Below are positions 20,753-31,177 of a stretch of DNA of 64,000 nucleotides, piece after piece. The notes under the pieces were generated by a model, which saw only the letters and a list, made by a program, of their open reading frames with translations, searched no databases and was not told the origin of the DNA. The translations under genes and the position numbers were made by a program. The DNA comes from Trichormus sp. ATA11-4-KO1 (GTDB taxonomy: Bacteria > Cyanobacteriota > Cyanobacteriia > Cyanobacteriales > Nostocaceae): positions 224,001 through 288,000 of the forward strand of contig JAHHIM010000073.1 in assembly GCA_019358915.1 (NCBI GenBank), read 5' to 3'. The stretch's first letter is position 1. Each line of letters begins with the position of its first letter.

Positions 20753-22444
20753 ATGCAGGTCTTTTGCACTAAACAACACGCAAATAGTGATGGTAACCGT
20801 TTTTGTATCCACTGCGGTGAGCCATTACCTCTTGGTGTTGGGTTAGTTGTAGATAATCGTTATCGCATTATCCGTCAACTAGGTCAGGGTGGTTTTGGGC
20901 GCACTTACTTGGCGGAGGATAGAAATAAGTCTCATCAAACATGCGTATTGAAGGAATTTGCACCCCAAGTCCAAGAACAGCAGGATTTACAAAAAGCCAA
21001 AGAATTATTTGAGCGAGAAGCAAGTGTTCTCAAAACACTGCAACATCCCCAAATTCCCCGTTTTCACGCTTCGCTACAAGTGAAAATTGGGAGTAAAGAT
21101 TTTTTCTTTTTAGTGCAAGATTATATAGATGGTGAGAATTTTGACCAGTTGTTAGAACAACGCCAAAGTCAAGGTAAGGCTTTTAGTGAACAAGAAATCA
21201 TTACTTTATTGCAACAAATTTTACCTGTTTTGTCCTACATCCACTCACGAGATGTCGTTCACCGCGATATCTCTCCTGATAATTTGATTTGGCGGCGTTC
21301 TGATAATATGCCTGTACTGATTGACTTTGGTGGTGTGAAACAATTGCCTGCTTCTCAAGGGTTTTGGTTCACCAAGTTGGCGGTGAATCACACCTTGTTA
21401 GGTAAAAAAGGCTACGCACCAGAAGAACAGTTACGACAAGGTAAAGTATTTTACAATAGCGATTTATACTCTTTGGCAGTCACAGCTTTAGTGTTGCTCA
21501 CAGGTAAGGAACCACAAAAACTGTACGACAGCTATCAGGGGATTTGGTATTGGGGCAAGGAAATTAATGTCAGCATTCAACTGGAAACTGTGTTAAAAAA
21601 GATGCTGGCTTATAAACCAAGCGATCGCTATGAAAGAGCTGAACAAATCCTCAAAGATTTACCATCGTCGATGGCGACAAAACCACCCAGTACATATATT
21701 ACTAAGCTCAAGACAATGGTAGTTGCTCCTGGACGAAAACGCGCCAATGCTCTTGTCAGTAAATTCCACAGCAAAACGCAAGCGGTTAATCAAGCGATCG
21801 CCTTACCGGTTTGGATGCGTCCTTTTGCTGTGAGTCTGGGAGGAACAGCCTTAGTTGTCTTAACTGGCGCAGGTACTTGGGCGGTAGTAAATTCTGTGAT
21901 TCGTACTATTACTGAATTTACTGTACCAGCAATTTCTTTACCACCAATCCCCGGTTTACCAAATCCTCTCAGTAGCCCAGTTAGCGATCAAGGTTCTAAT
22001 GACATCAGCCAAATTTTAAGGCGTCGCCAACAGCTAGAAATACCTGAAGTATTTTTTACACAGTTTGTAGATAATTTATTTTATACTAAAAACCCTGAAC
22101 TACAGGGACGTAGTCTCACTTCTAACCCAGCAGATACAGCTTTACGAAATGAATGGTACGGTATTGCTGAAAACTTGTTAAATCAAATAGAACAGGCTAA
22201 TCTCAGTACAGCAGCTCGGCAAAAACTGGGACGCTATAGTTTACAAGACGAAGCAATCTGGAGACGACAAGCGCGATCAGGAGAATTAGGTAATTATACA
22301 ATTGACCAACTCAACAAAGACACAAATGAAAAATTTGATCGGTTGTTTCCTGGTCAACAGCGTGGGAAACTGAATCAACGAACTTTCGGTCAAATTTGGT
22401 ATGCGATCGCGGCTGATCAAGTCAGTAAGGTGAAAAGAAGATGA
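20753..22444 (+). CDS. Hanks-type Ser/Thr protein kinase with N-terminal zinc ribbon and TM
   Basis: FCIHCG, LGQGGFGRTY, VLKEF, HRDISPDN, IDFG, GYAPEEQ. Confidence 0.93.
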   Translation: MQVFCTKQHANSDGNRFCIHCGEPLPLGVGLVVDNRYRIIRQLGQGGFGRTYLAEDRNKSHQTCVLKEFAPQVQEQQDLQKAKELFEREASVLKTLQHPQIPRFHASLQVKIGSKDFFFLVQDYIDGENFDQLLEQRQSQGKAFSEQEIITLLQQILPVLSYIHSRDVVHRDISPDNLIWRRSDNMPVLIDFGGVKQLPASQGFWFTKLAVNHTLLGKKGYAPEEQLRQGKVFYNSDLYSLAVTALVLLTGKEPQKLYDSYQGIWYWGKEINVSIQLETVLKKMLAYKPSDRYERAEQILKDLPSSMATKPPSTYITKLKTMVVAPGRKRANALVSKFHSKTQAVNQAIALPVWMRPFAVSLGGTALVVLTGAGTWAVVNSVIRTITEFTVPAISLPPIPGLPNPLSSPVSDQGSNDISQILRRRQQLEIPEVFFTQFVDNLFYTKNPELQGRSLTSNPADTALRNEWYGIAENLLNQIEQANLSTAARQKLGRYSLQDEAIWRRQARSGELGNYTIDQLNKDTNEKFDRLFPGQQRGKLNQRTFGQIWYAIAADQVSKVKRR

Positions 22445-22553
22445 GGATATTGGGCAGGGCTGATTCTTTCCCTAAAAGGGTTAAAATTGCAAGGGCAAAT
22501 CCACAATTAAGACCGAAAATTTTGGCATCTTCAGTCCGAAATACCTGATTTTT

Positions 22554-22580
22554 CTTTGCGTCTTTGCGCCTTTGCGTGAG
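22554..22580 (-). repeat. Periodic CGCAAAG repeat (minus strand CTCACGCAAAGGCGCAAAGACGCAAAG)
   Basis: Three 8-nt units, same family as the GxxExxY-flanking repeats. Confidence 0.75.
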
Positions 22581-22681
22581 ATTATCCTCTTGACAAATCT
22601 CCAACACAAGCGAATGAAACAGCCCTGGGATATTGGGGGAGTGAGGAAGTAATTTTTTTCATGACTAAATGACTATAAATA

Positions 22682-24727
22682 ATGACTATAAGTAATGGTA
22701 TTCAACCGGGTCTCACTTTGGGCGATCGCTATGTGATTGTCCGTCAAATTGGTCAAGGTGGTTTTGGACGTACTTATTTAGCTGAAGACATTAACCGCTT
22801 CCGCGAACTTTGTGTTTTAAAAGAATTTTCTCCTCAAGTTCAAACTTCCTACGTTGTCCAAAAAGCTGAAGAATTGTTTGAGCGAGAAGCAAGTGTTCTC
22901 TATAAACTGCAACATCCCCAAATTCCTCGCTTTCGAGAACTGCTTCGCATCAATTTAAAAGGCAAAGAATACCTGTTTTTGGTGCAAGATTATGTAGAAG
23001 GGCAAACTTACAGTTCTTTATTAAATGCCCGGACACAGCAGGGTTTACGATTTACAGAGTTGGAAGTCCGCCAACTGTTGCAACAAATTTTACCAGTGTT
23101 GGAGTATATCCACTCCATAGGTGTAATTCACCGGGATATTTCTCCAGATAATTTAATTCTGCGTACTATTGACCAACTACCAGTACTAATTGACTTTGGT
23201 GGAGTTAAACAAGTAGCCGCCACCGTCGCCTCTGAATATTACCAACCAGGTGAATTTGCCTCTCCCCCGTCACCTACATTACTAGGTAAAGTAGGATTCG
23301 CTCCCCCAGAACAAATGCAAACGGGTTTAGTATCGCCCCACTCTGACTTGTATGCTTTGGCAGTAACAGCGTTGGTTTTATTGACAGGTAAACAGCCACA
23401 AGAACTGATTGATAATTACAACTTAACTTGGCAATGGCGGAGAGAAATTAGTCTGAGTCCGGTTTTGGGACAGGTATTAGATAAAATGCTATACCCAAGA
23501 CCAAGCGATCGCTTCCAATCAGCGCGTCAAGTACTACAAGCCCTCAACCCACCATCAGTTAGCTATCCCCAAACTCAATATCCCGCCACTCCAGAGCCTA
23601 CATCTGCCACTGTTGCAGTTTCTCCGTCCCCGCCATCTTCTCCATCTCCCCCATCCCCTCAACCAACAACCTGGTGGACACCAGCAAAAGCCTTGCTCGT
23701 AGTATTGGTCTTGGCTAGTACGGCGGGAGCAGTTTGGTGGGGAGTGACTAGCAGCGATCGCGATCCTGGGGAAGTCCAACCAACACCCACCCCCTCCGTT
23801 GAGCAACCCACTGACCCCTTAGCGAAATTTTCCCCAGCAGAACGACAGCGCAAACAAAGATTAAATGCTCGTCGTCAACAATTGGGTATTGATTTTAACT
23901 TTTATGTCAGCTTAGTCAATCAAGTCTTTTGGGACAGCAACCCCAGTTTAAGAGGGCGCACACTCAGCGATGAACCCGAAGATGAAAGTTTGCGGGCAGA
24001 ATGGGATAAAACAGCCGCCCAATTACTAGAAAAACTGGCCCCATTGAGTGCTAGGGCGCGACGACAACTAGGTACATATACAGCAGCCGAACGCGATCGC
24101 TGGAAAGTTGACATCAACCAAATCAATGTTGGTAGTCGTGCTTTATATGATTTAGGGGATGCTGCCTTTTTAAGTACATTTCCTGAGCAGCGTGGTAAAG
24201 ATTTTATTAATCAGCCCATCGGGCAAGTTTGGCACGGATTTGTTAGCGATAAACTTAATGCGATTCTCTCCGGTAGTGCTTTCCAAAAACTGGTATTTGA
24301 CCCAGGTGCTACGAGTAAAATAGTTAGCGGCACTCTCCAGCCTGCTGGTGGCAGAGTTTTCATTGCTGACCTGGCCAAGGATCAATCTATAGAATTGAAG
24401 CTACAAGCCAATTCCCAAGTATTGCTCTCAGTATATTCCCCCTCTGGCAAAATCACCTTTTTAGAAGATTCCACAGAACGCAGTTTGTCAACTAAATTAC
24501 CAGAATCGGGATTTTATGAGTTTGTACTTGTCTCCACAGCATCGGAATCACTAGATTATCGACTCAGCATCACGGCGGAAACACCGACACCGACACCTAC
24601 TCCCACAGAAACACCCACCCCTACGCCAACACCCACACCTACCCCTACCCCTACCCCTACTCCCACAGAAACCCCGATGGAAACTCCTCAAGAAACACCC
24701 ACACCTGCACCTACTCAGTCCAACTAA
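22682..24727 (+). CDS. Hanks-type Ser/Thr protein kinase, TM, C-terminal Pro-Thr repeat tail
   Basis: IGQGGFGRTY, HRDISPDN, IDFG, GFAPPEQ; (TP)n tail. Confidence 0.93.
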   Translation: MTISNGIQPGLTLGDRYVIVRQIGQGGFGRTYLAEDINRFRELCVLKEFSPQVQTSYVVQKAEELFEREASVLYKLQHPQIPRFRELLRINLKGKEYLFLVQDYVEGQTYSSLLNARTQQGLRFTELEVRQLLQQILPVLEYIHSIGVIHRDISPDNLILRTIDQLPVLIDFGGVKQVAATVASEYYQPGEFASPPSPTLLGKVGFAPPEQMQTGLVSPHSDLYALAVTALVLLTGKQPQELIDNYNLTWQWRREISLSPVLGQVLDKMLYPRPSDRFQSARQVLQALNPPSVSYPQTQYPATPEPTSATVAVSPSPPSSPSPPSPQPTTWWTPAKALLVVLVLASTAGAVWWGVTSSDRDPGEVQPTPTPSVEQPTDPLAKFSPAERQRKQRLNARRQQLGIDFNFYVSLVNQVFWDSNPSLRGRTLSDEPEDESLRAEWDKTAAQLLEKLAPLSARARRQLGTYTAAERDRWKVDINQINVGSRALYDLGDAAFLSTFPEQRGKDFINQPIGQVWHGFVSDKLNAILSGSAFQKLVFDPGATSKIVSGTLQPAGGRVFIADLAKDQSIELKLQANSQVLLSVYSPSGKITFLEDSTERSLSTKLPESGFYEFVLVSTASESLDYRLSITAETPTPTPTPTETPTPTPTPTPTPTPTPTPTETPMETPQETPTPAPTQSN

Positions 24728-26085
24728 GTATTTTTATCCAACTTTATGCCTTGAATCGAATAGTCTAATAACTCCATCGGGTGCATTACGGAAATTGTTT
24801 TACCTTGCAACTGTAAATGCTTAGTAATTTGCAAAGTACAACCAGGATTAGCAGAAGCAATTAACTCAGCACCAGTATTTAACAAATTCTGGACTTTTTG
24901 CTGACCCAATTCCTCAGCTACTTCCGGTTGCAGCATATTATAAACACCAGCACTGCCACAACACAAAGCCGCGTCTATTGGTTCCCTTAACTTCACTCCA
25001 GGAATTTGCCGTAACAGCTGACGCGGTTGCACACTAATCTTTTGTCCATGCAATAAATGACAAGCATCTTGATAAACCAAATTTAGAGGCTGATCAGTTA
25101 ATGGTAATAGCTTCGCCGTTAACCCCACAGTTACCAAAAATTCCTGAGCATCCTTTACCTTAGCAGCAAACTCCTGAGCCTTTTCCCGATATTTTGGGTC
25201 ATCTTCTAAGATATGACCGTATTCTTTCAACGTATGACCGCAACCAGCCGCATTGATAATCACAAAATCTACATCGGTATTAGCAAAACTATCAATCATT
25301 TGCCTAGCTAAAGCCTGGGCCTGTGCCGTTTGTCCTTGGTGTTCCGGAAGCGCCGCACAACAACCTTGAGACTTGGGAATCACAACTTCACAACCATTAG
25401 CCGTTAACACCCTCACAGTAGCTTCATTAATAGGGGAGAAAAATAGCCGTTGCACACATCCCAAAATCACCCCAACGCGGTAACGCTTCTCACCTTGTGA
25501 GGGAATCACATCCGGCAAATTATCTTGAAAAGATTGCAGAGTAATTTTTGGCAGAATTGACTCCATTGCTGCCAAACGGGGCGAGATTTTTTTAAGTAAC
25601 CCTGTAGAACGCAATAGTTTAGGCAAACCCAACTTTTGGTAAACCAACAACGGCATCAGAAAAAATCTTAATAAATCAGGATTAGGAAACAGAGAAAATA
25701 TCAATTGACGAATTAATTTATCTGGCAAACTGCGTGCATAATTCCGTTCAACTTGATGACGAGTTGCAGAAATCAACTTGTCATACTGCACACCAGAAGG
25801 ACAAGTACTCACACAAGCCAAACAACCCAAACAAGAATCAAAATGTTCTACCGTTGCTGTATTTAAAGCAATCTCACCCTGATTAATCGCATCCATTAAA
25901 TAGATCCGTCCCCTAGGAGAATCCATTTCCTTACCAATCACCCGATAACTCGGACAAGTCGCCAGACAAAACCCGCAATGCACACAACTATCAATCAACT
26001 TCGGGTCAGGTGGATGATTAACATCAAACCCCTTTAAATTCTTGATACTAGCAATATTATTCACAGAATTATCAGAAACTTGCAT
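24724..26085 (-). CDS. glcF: Glycolate oxidase iron-sulfur subunit GlcF
   Basis: CVHCGFCLATCP, CLGCLACVSTCP, CCG-type motifs; likely start MQVSDN at 26085. Confidence 0.9.
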   Translation of the reverse strand: MQVSDNSVNNIASIKNLKGFDVNHPPDPKLIDSCVHCGFCLATCPSYRVIGKEMDSPRGRIYLMDAINQGEIALNTATVEHFDSCLGCLACVSTCPSGVQYDKLISATRHQVERNYARSLPDKLIRQLIFSLFPNPDLLRFFLMPLLVYQKLGLPKLLRSTGLLKKISPRLAAMESILPKITLQSFQDNLPDVIPSQGEKRYRVGVILGCVQRLFFSPINEATVRVLTANGCEVVIPKSQGCCAALPEHQGQTAQAQALARQMIDSFANTDVDFVIINAAGCGHTLKEYGHILEDDPKYREKAQEFAAKVKDAQEFLVTVGLTAKLLPLTDQPLNLVYQDACHLLHGQKISVQPRQLLRQIPGVKLREPIDAALCCGSAGVYNMLQPEVAEELGQQKVQNLLNTGAELIASANPGCTLQITKHLQLQGKTISVMHPMELLDYSIQGIKLDKNT

Positions 26086-26106
26086 ATTTATTCTCTTCCC
26101 CTCTTC

Positions 26107-26158
26107 CTTCGTGTCCTTCTCTTCGAGACGCTTCGCGAACGTGCCTTTGTGGTTCGTT
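26107..26158 (-). repeat. Periodic AACCACAAAGG-type repeat with nested 21-bp SDR-like insertion (26120-26140)
   Basis: Removing TCTTCGAGACGCTTCGCGAAC restores a periodic cttcgtgtc-cttcgtgcc-tttgtggtt array. Confidence 0.7.
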
Positions 26159-26161
26159 AAA

Positions 26162-27493
26162 TTAAATTCCACCCACAAAGCGACCAGGACTCAAAACATT
26201 CTGACTATCAAACTGCGCCTTAATTTGACGCATCACCTGCAAAGCATTACCTGTATATCCCCAAACATCAATTTCTTGTTTCACCTGATTTGATGCTACC
26301 AAAACACTCAAAAAACCTTTATTAGCTTGACAGCGTTCGCTTGCGTGGCGTAGCCATTCGCGCATTCTTAAAACTTGATTTTGATTCTCAAACTGCAACC
26401 ATCCCAAACCACTAGTAACATGAATCAAACCTAATTCCGCCTCAGCTAAAATTTCCACAGCCGCAGTAGGTAACACTCCTATTTTGCATTTAATTACAGA
26501 CTCTGTGACAGAATGATTCATTAATTCTGACAATCTCTGCCATAGATAACCTTCATCTTCATCAAAATAAATTGTTCCATCTAATCCCAACTTTTGCCCT
26601 ACCGCCAACAGCCGATTTGACTGTTCCTTAACACTCTCACTAATACTTTGAAAACGAGCAATTAATCCCAACCCTTGACCCAAGCCTAACCCAGAAATTA
26701 GTTGAGTAGATAGCAAATCAGCCTGAGTTGGTGTTAACGCCGAACCTCGCAAGGTAGCAGCAGCTTGAGATATAGCCTCTGCTGTACCAGTCAACACCAC
26801 CGTACCCGATGCTTCTGGTAGTGGATAGACACGAAAAGTTACTTGACTAATAATTCCTAATGTGCTGTAAGAGCCAGTAAATAACTTCATTAAATCGTAT
26901 CCGGCTACATTTTTAACTACACGTCCTCCAGCTTTGGCAATTTGTCCATCAGCACGGACAAAGGTCATACCTAATAGCTGGTCGCGCACACTACCATAAC
27001 GTTGCCGTAGGGAATTTGTATCAGATGTAGCGACAATACCGCCAATAGTTGCTAATTCTGGTGTGGTGGGGTCAAGGGCAAGAAATTGGCGTGATTTGGC
27101 TAAAATTTTCTGGAGATGGGAGAATTGCATCCCGGCTTCTACTGTGACAGTTAAATCACCAACGGCGTGTTCAATTAGTTGATTGATGCGTTCTGTACTG
27201 ACTACGATGTCAACACTTTTAACTAAACCACCCCAGTTGATTTTACTACCACTACCGCAGGGGAGGACGCGCCAGTTATTGCGGTGAGCCTCGGCGATGA
27301 CTGCGGCTAGTTGTGCTTGAGTGCGGGGATAGACGATACAACTGGGGGGATTTACAGAAGCGATCGCCTGTTTAATTTGTGTTTGCTGGCTGAGTTCAAG
27401 GTTTTCCCAAAGACAGATGGCTTCTTCTTCGATGATAGATGCAAGGCTTGAGGCGTAGACGCTAGGCGGCTTGTCGTTAGACATCGCGTTCAT
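26162..27493 (-). CDS. glcE: Glycolate oxidase FAD-binding subunit GlcE
   Basis: GDLTVTVEAG, ATIGGIVAT, GGRVVKNVAGYDLMKLF; adjacent to glcF. Confidence 0.88.
   Translation of the reverse strand: MNAMSNDKPPSVYASSLASIIEEEAICLWENLELSQQTQIKQAIASVNPPSCIVYPRTQAQLAAVIAEAHRNNWRVLPCGSGSKINWGGLVKSVDIVVSTERINQLIEHAVGDLTVTVEAGMQFSHLQKILAKSRQFLALDPTTPELATIGGIVATSDTNSLRQRYGSVRDQLLGMTFVRADGQIAKAGGRVVKNVAGYDLMKLFTGSYSTLGIISQVTFRVYPLPEASGTVVLTGTAEAISQAAATLRGSALTPTQADLLSTQLISGLGLGQGLGLIARFQSISESVKEQSNRLLAVGQKLGLDGTIYFDEDEGYLWQRLSELMNHSVTESVIKCKIGVLPTAAVEILAEAELGLIHVTSGLGWLQFENQNQVLRMREWLRHASERCQANKGFLSVLVASNQVKQEIDVWGYTGNALQVMRQIKAQFDSQNVLSPGRFVGGI
26337..26357. mobile_element. 21-bp SDR-like element inserted in frame in glcE
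   Basis: TCGCTTGCGTGGCGTAGCCAT; related copy TAGCTTGCGTGGCGTAGCTAT at 44757-44777. Confidence 0.7.
27456..27482. mobile_element. 27-bp SDR-like element inserted in frame into a HIP1 site in glcE
   Basis: GCG|TAGACGCTAGGCGGCTTGTCGTTAGAC|ATCGC; removal restores GCGATCGC and MNAIASSL. Confidence 0.8.
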
Positions 27494-27536
27494 CAGTTTC
27501 TTTTTTGAGTCTCTATATTTAATTTAAGAGAAAATG

Positions 27537-27563
27537 AACCACAGAGGCGCAGAGGTCACAGAG
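27537..27563 (+). repeat. Periodic repeat AACCACAGAGGCGCAGAGGTCACAGAG
   Basis: Same family as 63553-63583 (inverted) and 26107-26158. Confidence 0.8.
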
Positions 27564-27803
27564 TTGGAGAAAGGGAGAAGATGGTTGACCTGACAAAGTG
27601 TTAGTTTTTTGCTAAAAATTCTTGCCGTCTTTCTAAGGTAATATATCTCTCAAATTTGGGACGAAATAAAACATCTTTTAATTCTGAAAAGACAGAGTTT
27701 GATAATAGGATAATGCCGATATCCTGTGCTTTATCAAGAAAGTCAGAGGGCAGGAGGCAGAAGGAATACTGTCCTCTGTGTTTTTCAGTAGTGCTGAGTT
27801 GAA

Positions 27804-27849
27804 AGTGCTGAGTGCTGAGTACAACCCCATAGTTAAAACTAGGGGATTG
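27804..27849 (-). repeat. Palindrome + (TCAGCAC)n composite, inverted copy of 13389-13447
   Basis: Minus strand CAATCCCCTAGTTTTAACTATGGGGTTGTACTCAGCACTCAGCAC. Confidence 0.7.
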
Positions 27850-28004
27850 AAACAAGAACACATTTTTTCTGGCACTGTGTGTCTCGAAAAAAATGTTTTT
27901 ACTTATCTTCATAAATAAATTTAGGGGCTTCAAACCCTATATGCTGAGTGCAGTTAATTTTACTTTTTACTTTTTACTCAGCACTCAGCACTATTTTGGT
28001 GATT

Positions 28005-30203
28005 TTAAATTAATTTATCTGGTGTGATTGGCAGGTCACGAATTCGTTTACCTGTGGCATGATACACAGCATTGGCGATCGCAGCTGCTACTCCGACTAT
28101 GGGTAGTTCTCCTAGGCTTTTGGTTCCGAGTGTGTTTACATGAGGGTCGTGTTCTGCAATGAATTGCACTTCGATGTTGGGGATATCAGTATGAACAGGA
28201 ATTAGGTAATCAGAAAGGTTTGCACCAACGATTCTACCTTGATGAGGATCAATGACGGTTTTTTCCATTAATGCCATACCGATTCCCCAAGTGATCCCAC
28301 CGATCACCTGACTGCGTGCTGTTTTGCAGTTGAGAATTTTCCCCACACTATAAACGCCTACGCAACGTCTAATTTTGATTTGTCCTAACAATTCATCAAT
28401 AGCTACTTCGATAAAGATGGCACCAAATGAGTGTTTGGAATATTTTTGGCTTTCTGGGTTGGGTGCATTTTCTTCTGTGACTTCTAAGCTAGCTAACCCG
28501 TGGCGGCGCAAAATTTCACTGTAGCTGTCTTGCTTAGAGGGGTCTTGTTGGGAAAACATTTTTCCTGACTCTACGGTAATATCTGCTACTGGAAAACCGT
28601 AAATAGGGGAATTGGGATCAGCTACTGCCATTTGCATCATTCTTTGTTTGGCGGCGCTGGCTGCTTGATGCACGGCTGGGGAAACACTACCCACAGTGAT
28701 GGAGTTACCTGTGATGGGGGCGTTGGGGAGATTGCTATCACCTAATTCAAACTGTACCTGCTGACTGGACAAGCCTAATGCTTCAGCCGCGACTTGAGTC
28801 ATGACTGTATATGTACCAGTACCGAGGTCTTGAGTACCAGTTTTGACTTGCGCCTCTCCGTTGGCAAAAATTTCTACCTTCACAGACGCTTTACCAGAGT
28901 TACTAGGAAATGTAGCACTGGCCATTCCCCACCCAATGAGGAAATCACCATCTCTCATGGAACGAGGAATTGGATTGCGTAGCGACCAACCAAACAGTTC
29001 TGCGCCTTGTTGGTAACATTGTTTGAGAGATTTACTTGACCAAGGTAATTGTGTATGTGGATCGATATCAGCATGATTTCGTAGTCGCAGTTCTATCGGG
29101 TCAATATTTAAAGCTGCTGCTAGTTCATCCATGGCCGATTCTAAGGCAAACATGCCTGGTGCTTCTCCTGGTGCCCGCATGAAGGTAGGCGTGATTGTAT
29201 TGATGCGGGCTAGACGGTATTTTACTTGCAGATGGGCACAGGCATACATCATGGTGGTGGGCGCACCTACGGGTTCCACAAAGTCATCGAAGATGGAAGT
29301 TAAGGATGTGCCAATATGATTAATTACACTCAGTTTTCCGTCTTGAGTTGCGCCTAAAGTCAGGTGTTGTTGAGTTGGTGATCTGTAGCCGCAAGATGTG
29401 TACATTTGCGATCGCGTTAACACAACTTTTACCGGACGCTTAACTTGACGAGCTGCGATCGCTGCCAAGATTGTATGTGACCGTAGTAAGGCTTTGCAAC
29501 CAAATCCACCGCCTAAATACTGGGAAATAACACGGACTTTTTCTTGAGGAATACGCAAAACTGCGGCGATTCCTCTTTGAGTTGCAAAAATACCTTGAGT
29601 AGTTTCATAGAGTGTCAAGTTATCCCCTGTCCACATCGCTAAAGTGGCAGCAGGTTCTAGGGGATTATGATGTTCCATTGGGGTGGTATAAATTTCTTCC
29701 ACCAATACTTCCGCTTGGGTTTTTCCAGATTCAATATCTCCTCTGGTAATTTTGCCAGGCATAATGCCAAAAAAGATAGATTCTGGCTCAAATATCTCAG
29801 CTTGGGCGATTGTAATTGTTGGTTCTGCGGCTTCGTAGCTAATTTTTATCAGTGAAGCAGCATATTCAGCCTGTTCTAAAGTTTCCGCAATGACAATACC
29901 CAAATGTTGACCACTATAGTAAATGTTGTCATCTTGTGTGGTGGGTAGATTTTCTGGAGTGGGAAAGAAGGGGATTTTTACTAAATTGGGAGTTTGCTGA
30001 TAAGTAATAATATCTATCACACCAGGGGCGGCGGCGGCGGTGCTTGTCTCTATTTGAATAACTTTACCTTTAGCGATCGCACTTTGGAAAATCACTCCAT
30101 GAGCCAAATTTTCTCTGGGTACATCGGCTGTGTAAGGTGCTTCTCCAGTAACTTTGAGTTTGCCATCAACGCGATCTAATGGTTTACCAATAATTTTACT
30201 CAT
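28005..30203 (-). CDS. Xanthine dehydrogenase family molybdopterin-binding subunit (PaoC/YagR-like)
   Basis: LGGGFGCK, FMRAPG, DLGTGTYT, QVIGGITWGIG, KSLGEL. Confidence 0.92.
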   Translation of the reverse strand: MSKIIGKPLDRVDGKLKVTGEAPYTADVPRENLAHGVIFQSAIAKGKVIQIETSTAAAAPGVIDIITYQQTPNLVKIPFFPTPENLPTTQDDNIYYSGQHLGIVIAETLEQAEYAASLIKISYEAAEPTITIAQAEIFEPESIFFGIMPGKITRGDIESGKTQAEVLVEEIYTTPMEHHNPLEPAATLAMWTGDNLTLYETTQGIFATQRGIAAVLRIPQEKVRVISQYLGGGFGCKALLRSHTILAAIAARQVKRPVKVVLTRSQMYTSCGYRSPTQQHLTLGATQDGKLSVINHIGTSLTSIFDDFVEPVGAPTTMMYACAHLQVKYRLARINTITPTFMRAPGEAPGMFALESAMDELAAALNIDPIELRLRNHADIDPHTQLPWSSKSLKQCYQQGAELFGWSLRNPIPRSMRDGDFLIGWGMASATFPSNSGKASVKVEIFANGEAQVKTGTQDLGTGTYTVMTQVAAEALGLSSQQVQFELGDSNLPNAPITGNSITVGSVSPAVHQAASAAKQRMMQMAVADPNSPIYGFPVADITVESGKMFSQQDPSKQDSYSEILRRHGLASLEVTEENAPNPESQKYSKHSFGAIFIEVAIDELLGQIKIRRCVGVYSVGKILNCKTARSQVIGGITWGIGMALMEKTVIDPHQGRIVGANLSDYLIPVHTDIPNIEVQFIAEHDPHVNTLGTKSLGELPIVGVAAAIANAVYHATGKRIRDLPITPDKLI

Positions 30204-31177
30204 GATTCTGTTGCCACAACTGAAAGTGCGCGGATCAAAGCCCGTTTAACTAATTCAATTTTGAATTCGTTGTGTTGTTGCGGTTGCGCTTCTCTGACAG
30301 CAGCAACAGCAGCATCTGTAAACGTAGTTGCATTAATTGGTTTACCCTGAAGCAAGTTTTCTGCTTCCCAAGCCCGCCAGGGTTTAGGCGCTACTCCCCC
30401 CAAAGCTATCTTTGCTGATTTGATCATGTCCTGTTCTACGTCCAGCGCAATGGCAACAGAAACCAAAGCAAATTCATAGCTGGCGCGGTCTCTAATTTTT
30501 AGATAATACGATTGATAAATATAATGGGGTATTTCAATTGCAACAATTAGTTCTCCATCCTGTAAGATTGTCTCTGTTTCTGGTGTTTCGCCTGGTAAGA
30601 GATAAAAATCATGAATAGAAATTCGCCGTTCTGCTTCCATTCCTTGAACACAAATTACCGCATCTAATGCCGTCAGTGCCACAGCTAAATCCGAGGGATG
30701 TACGGCAATACAATGTTCACTAGTACCAAAAATGGCGTGCATCCGGTTGTAACCTGTAATTGCTGAACAACCGACACCGGGGTTACGTTTATTACAAGGA
30801 AAAACTGGATCACGAAAATAACCACAGCGCACTCGTTGCAGCAAATTTCCCCCCACCGTTGCCATGTTTCGCAGTTGGGGCGAAGCACTTTGTTGTAATG
30901 CTTGGGAAATTACTGGATAGCATTCCTGAATTTGGGGATGAAAAGCTACATCACTCAATTTAGCTACTGCACCAATGCGAATATTATTAGTTAATAATTC
31001 AATATTTGCTAAAGGCAAAGTATTAATATCAACTAATTTATTTGCTGTTGCTACTCCATCTTTCATCAAGCCGAGCAAATCTGTGCCACCAGCAATAAAT
31101 ACAGCATTTTTATCTTGTTCTACTGTAGCGATCGCAGCTTCTTTGGAAGTAGCTTGAGCATAACTAAACGGCTGCAT
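30200..31177 (-). CDS. Xanthine dehydrogenase family FAD-binding subunit (PaoB/YagS-like)
   Basis: IAGGTDL, ASPQLRNMATVGGNL, RCGYFRD..CNKR..GC, HPSD. Confidence 0.92.
   Translation of the reverse strand: MQPFSYAQATSKEAAIATVEQDKNAVFIAGGTDLLGLMKDGVATANKLVDINTLPLANIELLTNNIRIGAVAKLSDVAFHPQIQECYPVISQALQQSASPQLRNMATVGGNLLQRVRCGYFRDPVFPCNKRNPGVGCSAITGYNRMHAIFGTSEHCIAVHPSDLAVALTALDAVICVQGMEAERRISIHDFYLLPGETPETETILQDGELIVAIEIPHYIYQSYYLKIRDRASYEFALVSVAIALDVEQDMIKSAKIALGGVAPKPWRAWEAENLLQGKPINATTFTDAAVAAVREAQPQQHNEFKIELVKRALIRALSVVATES

Noticed and set aside
24580..24720. Tandem ACACC-type DNA repeats
   Set aside because: They encode the kinase Pro-Thr tail.
27601..27933. ORFs 27601-27933 and 27678-27875
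   Set aside because: Run through STRR/palindrome repeats; no protein-like features.
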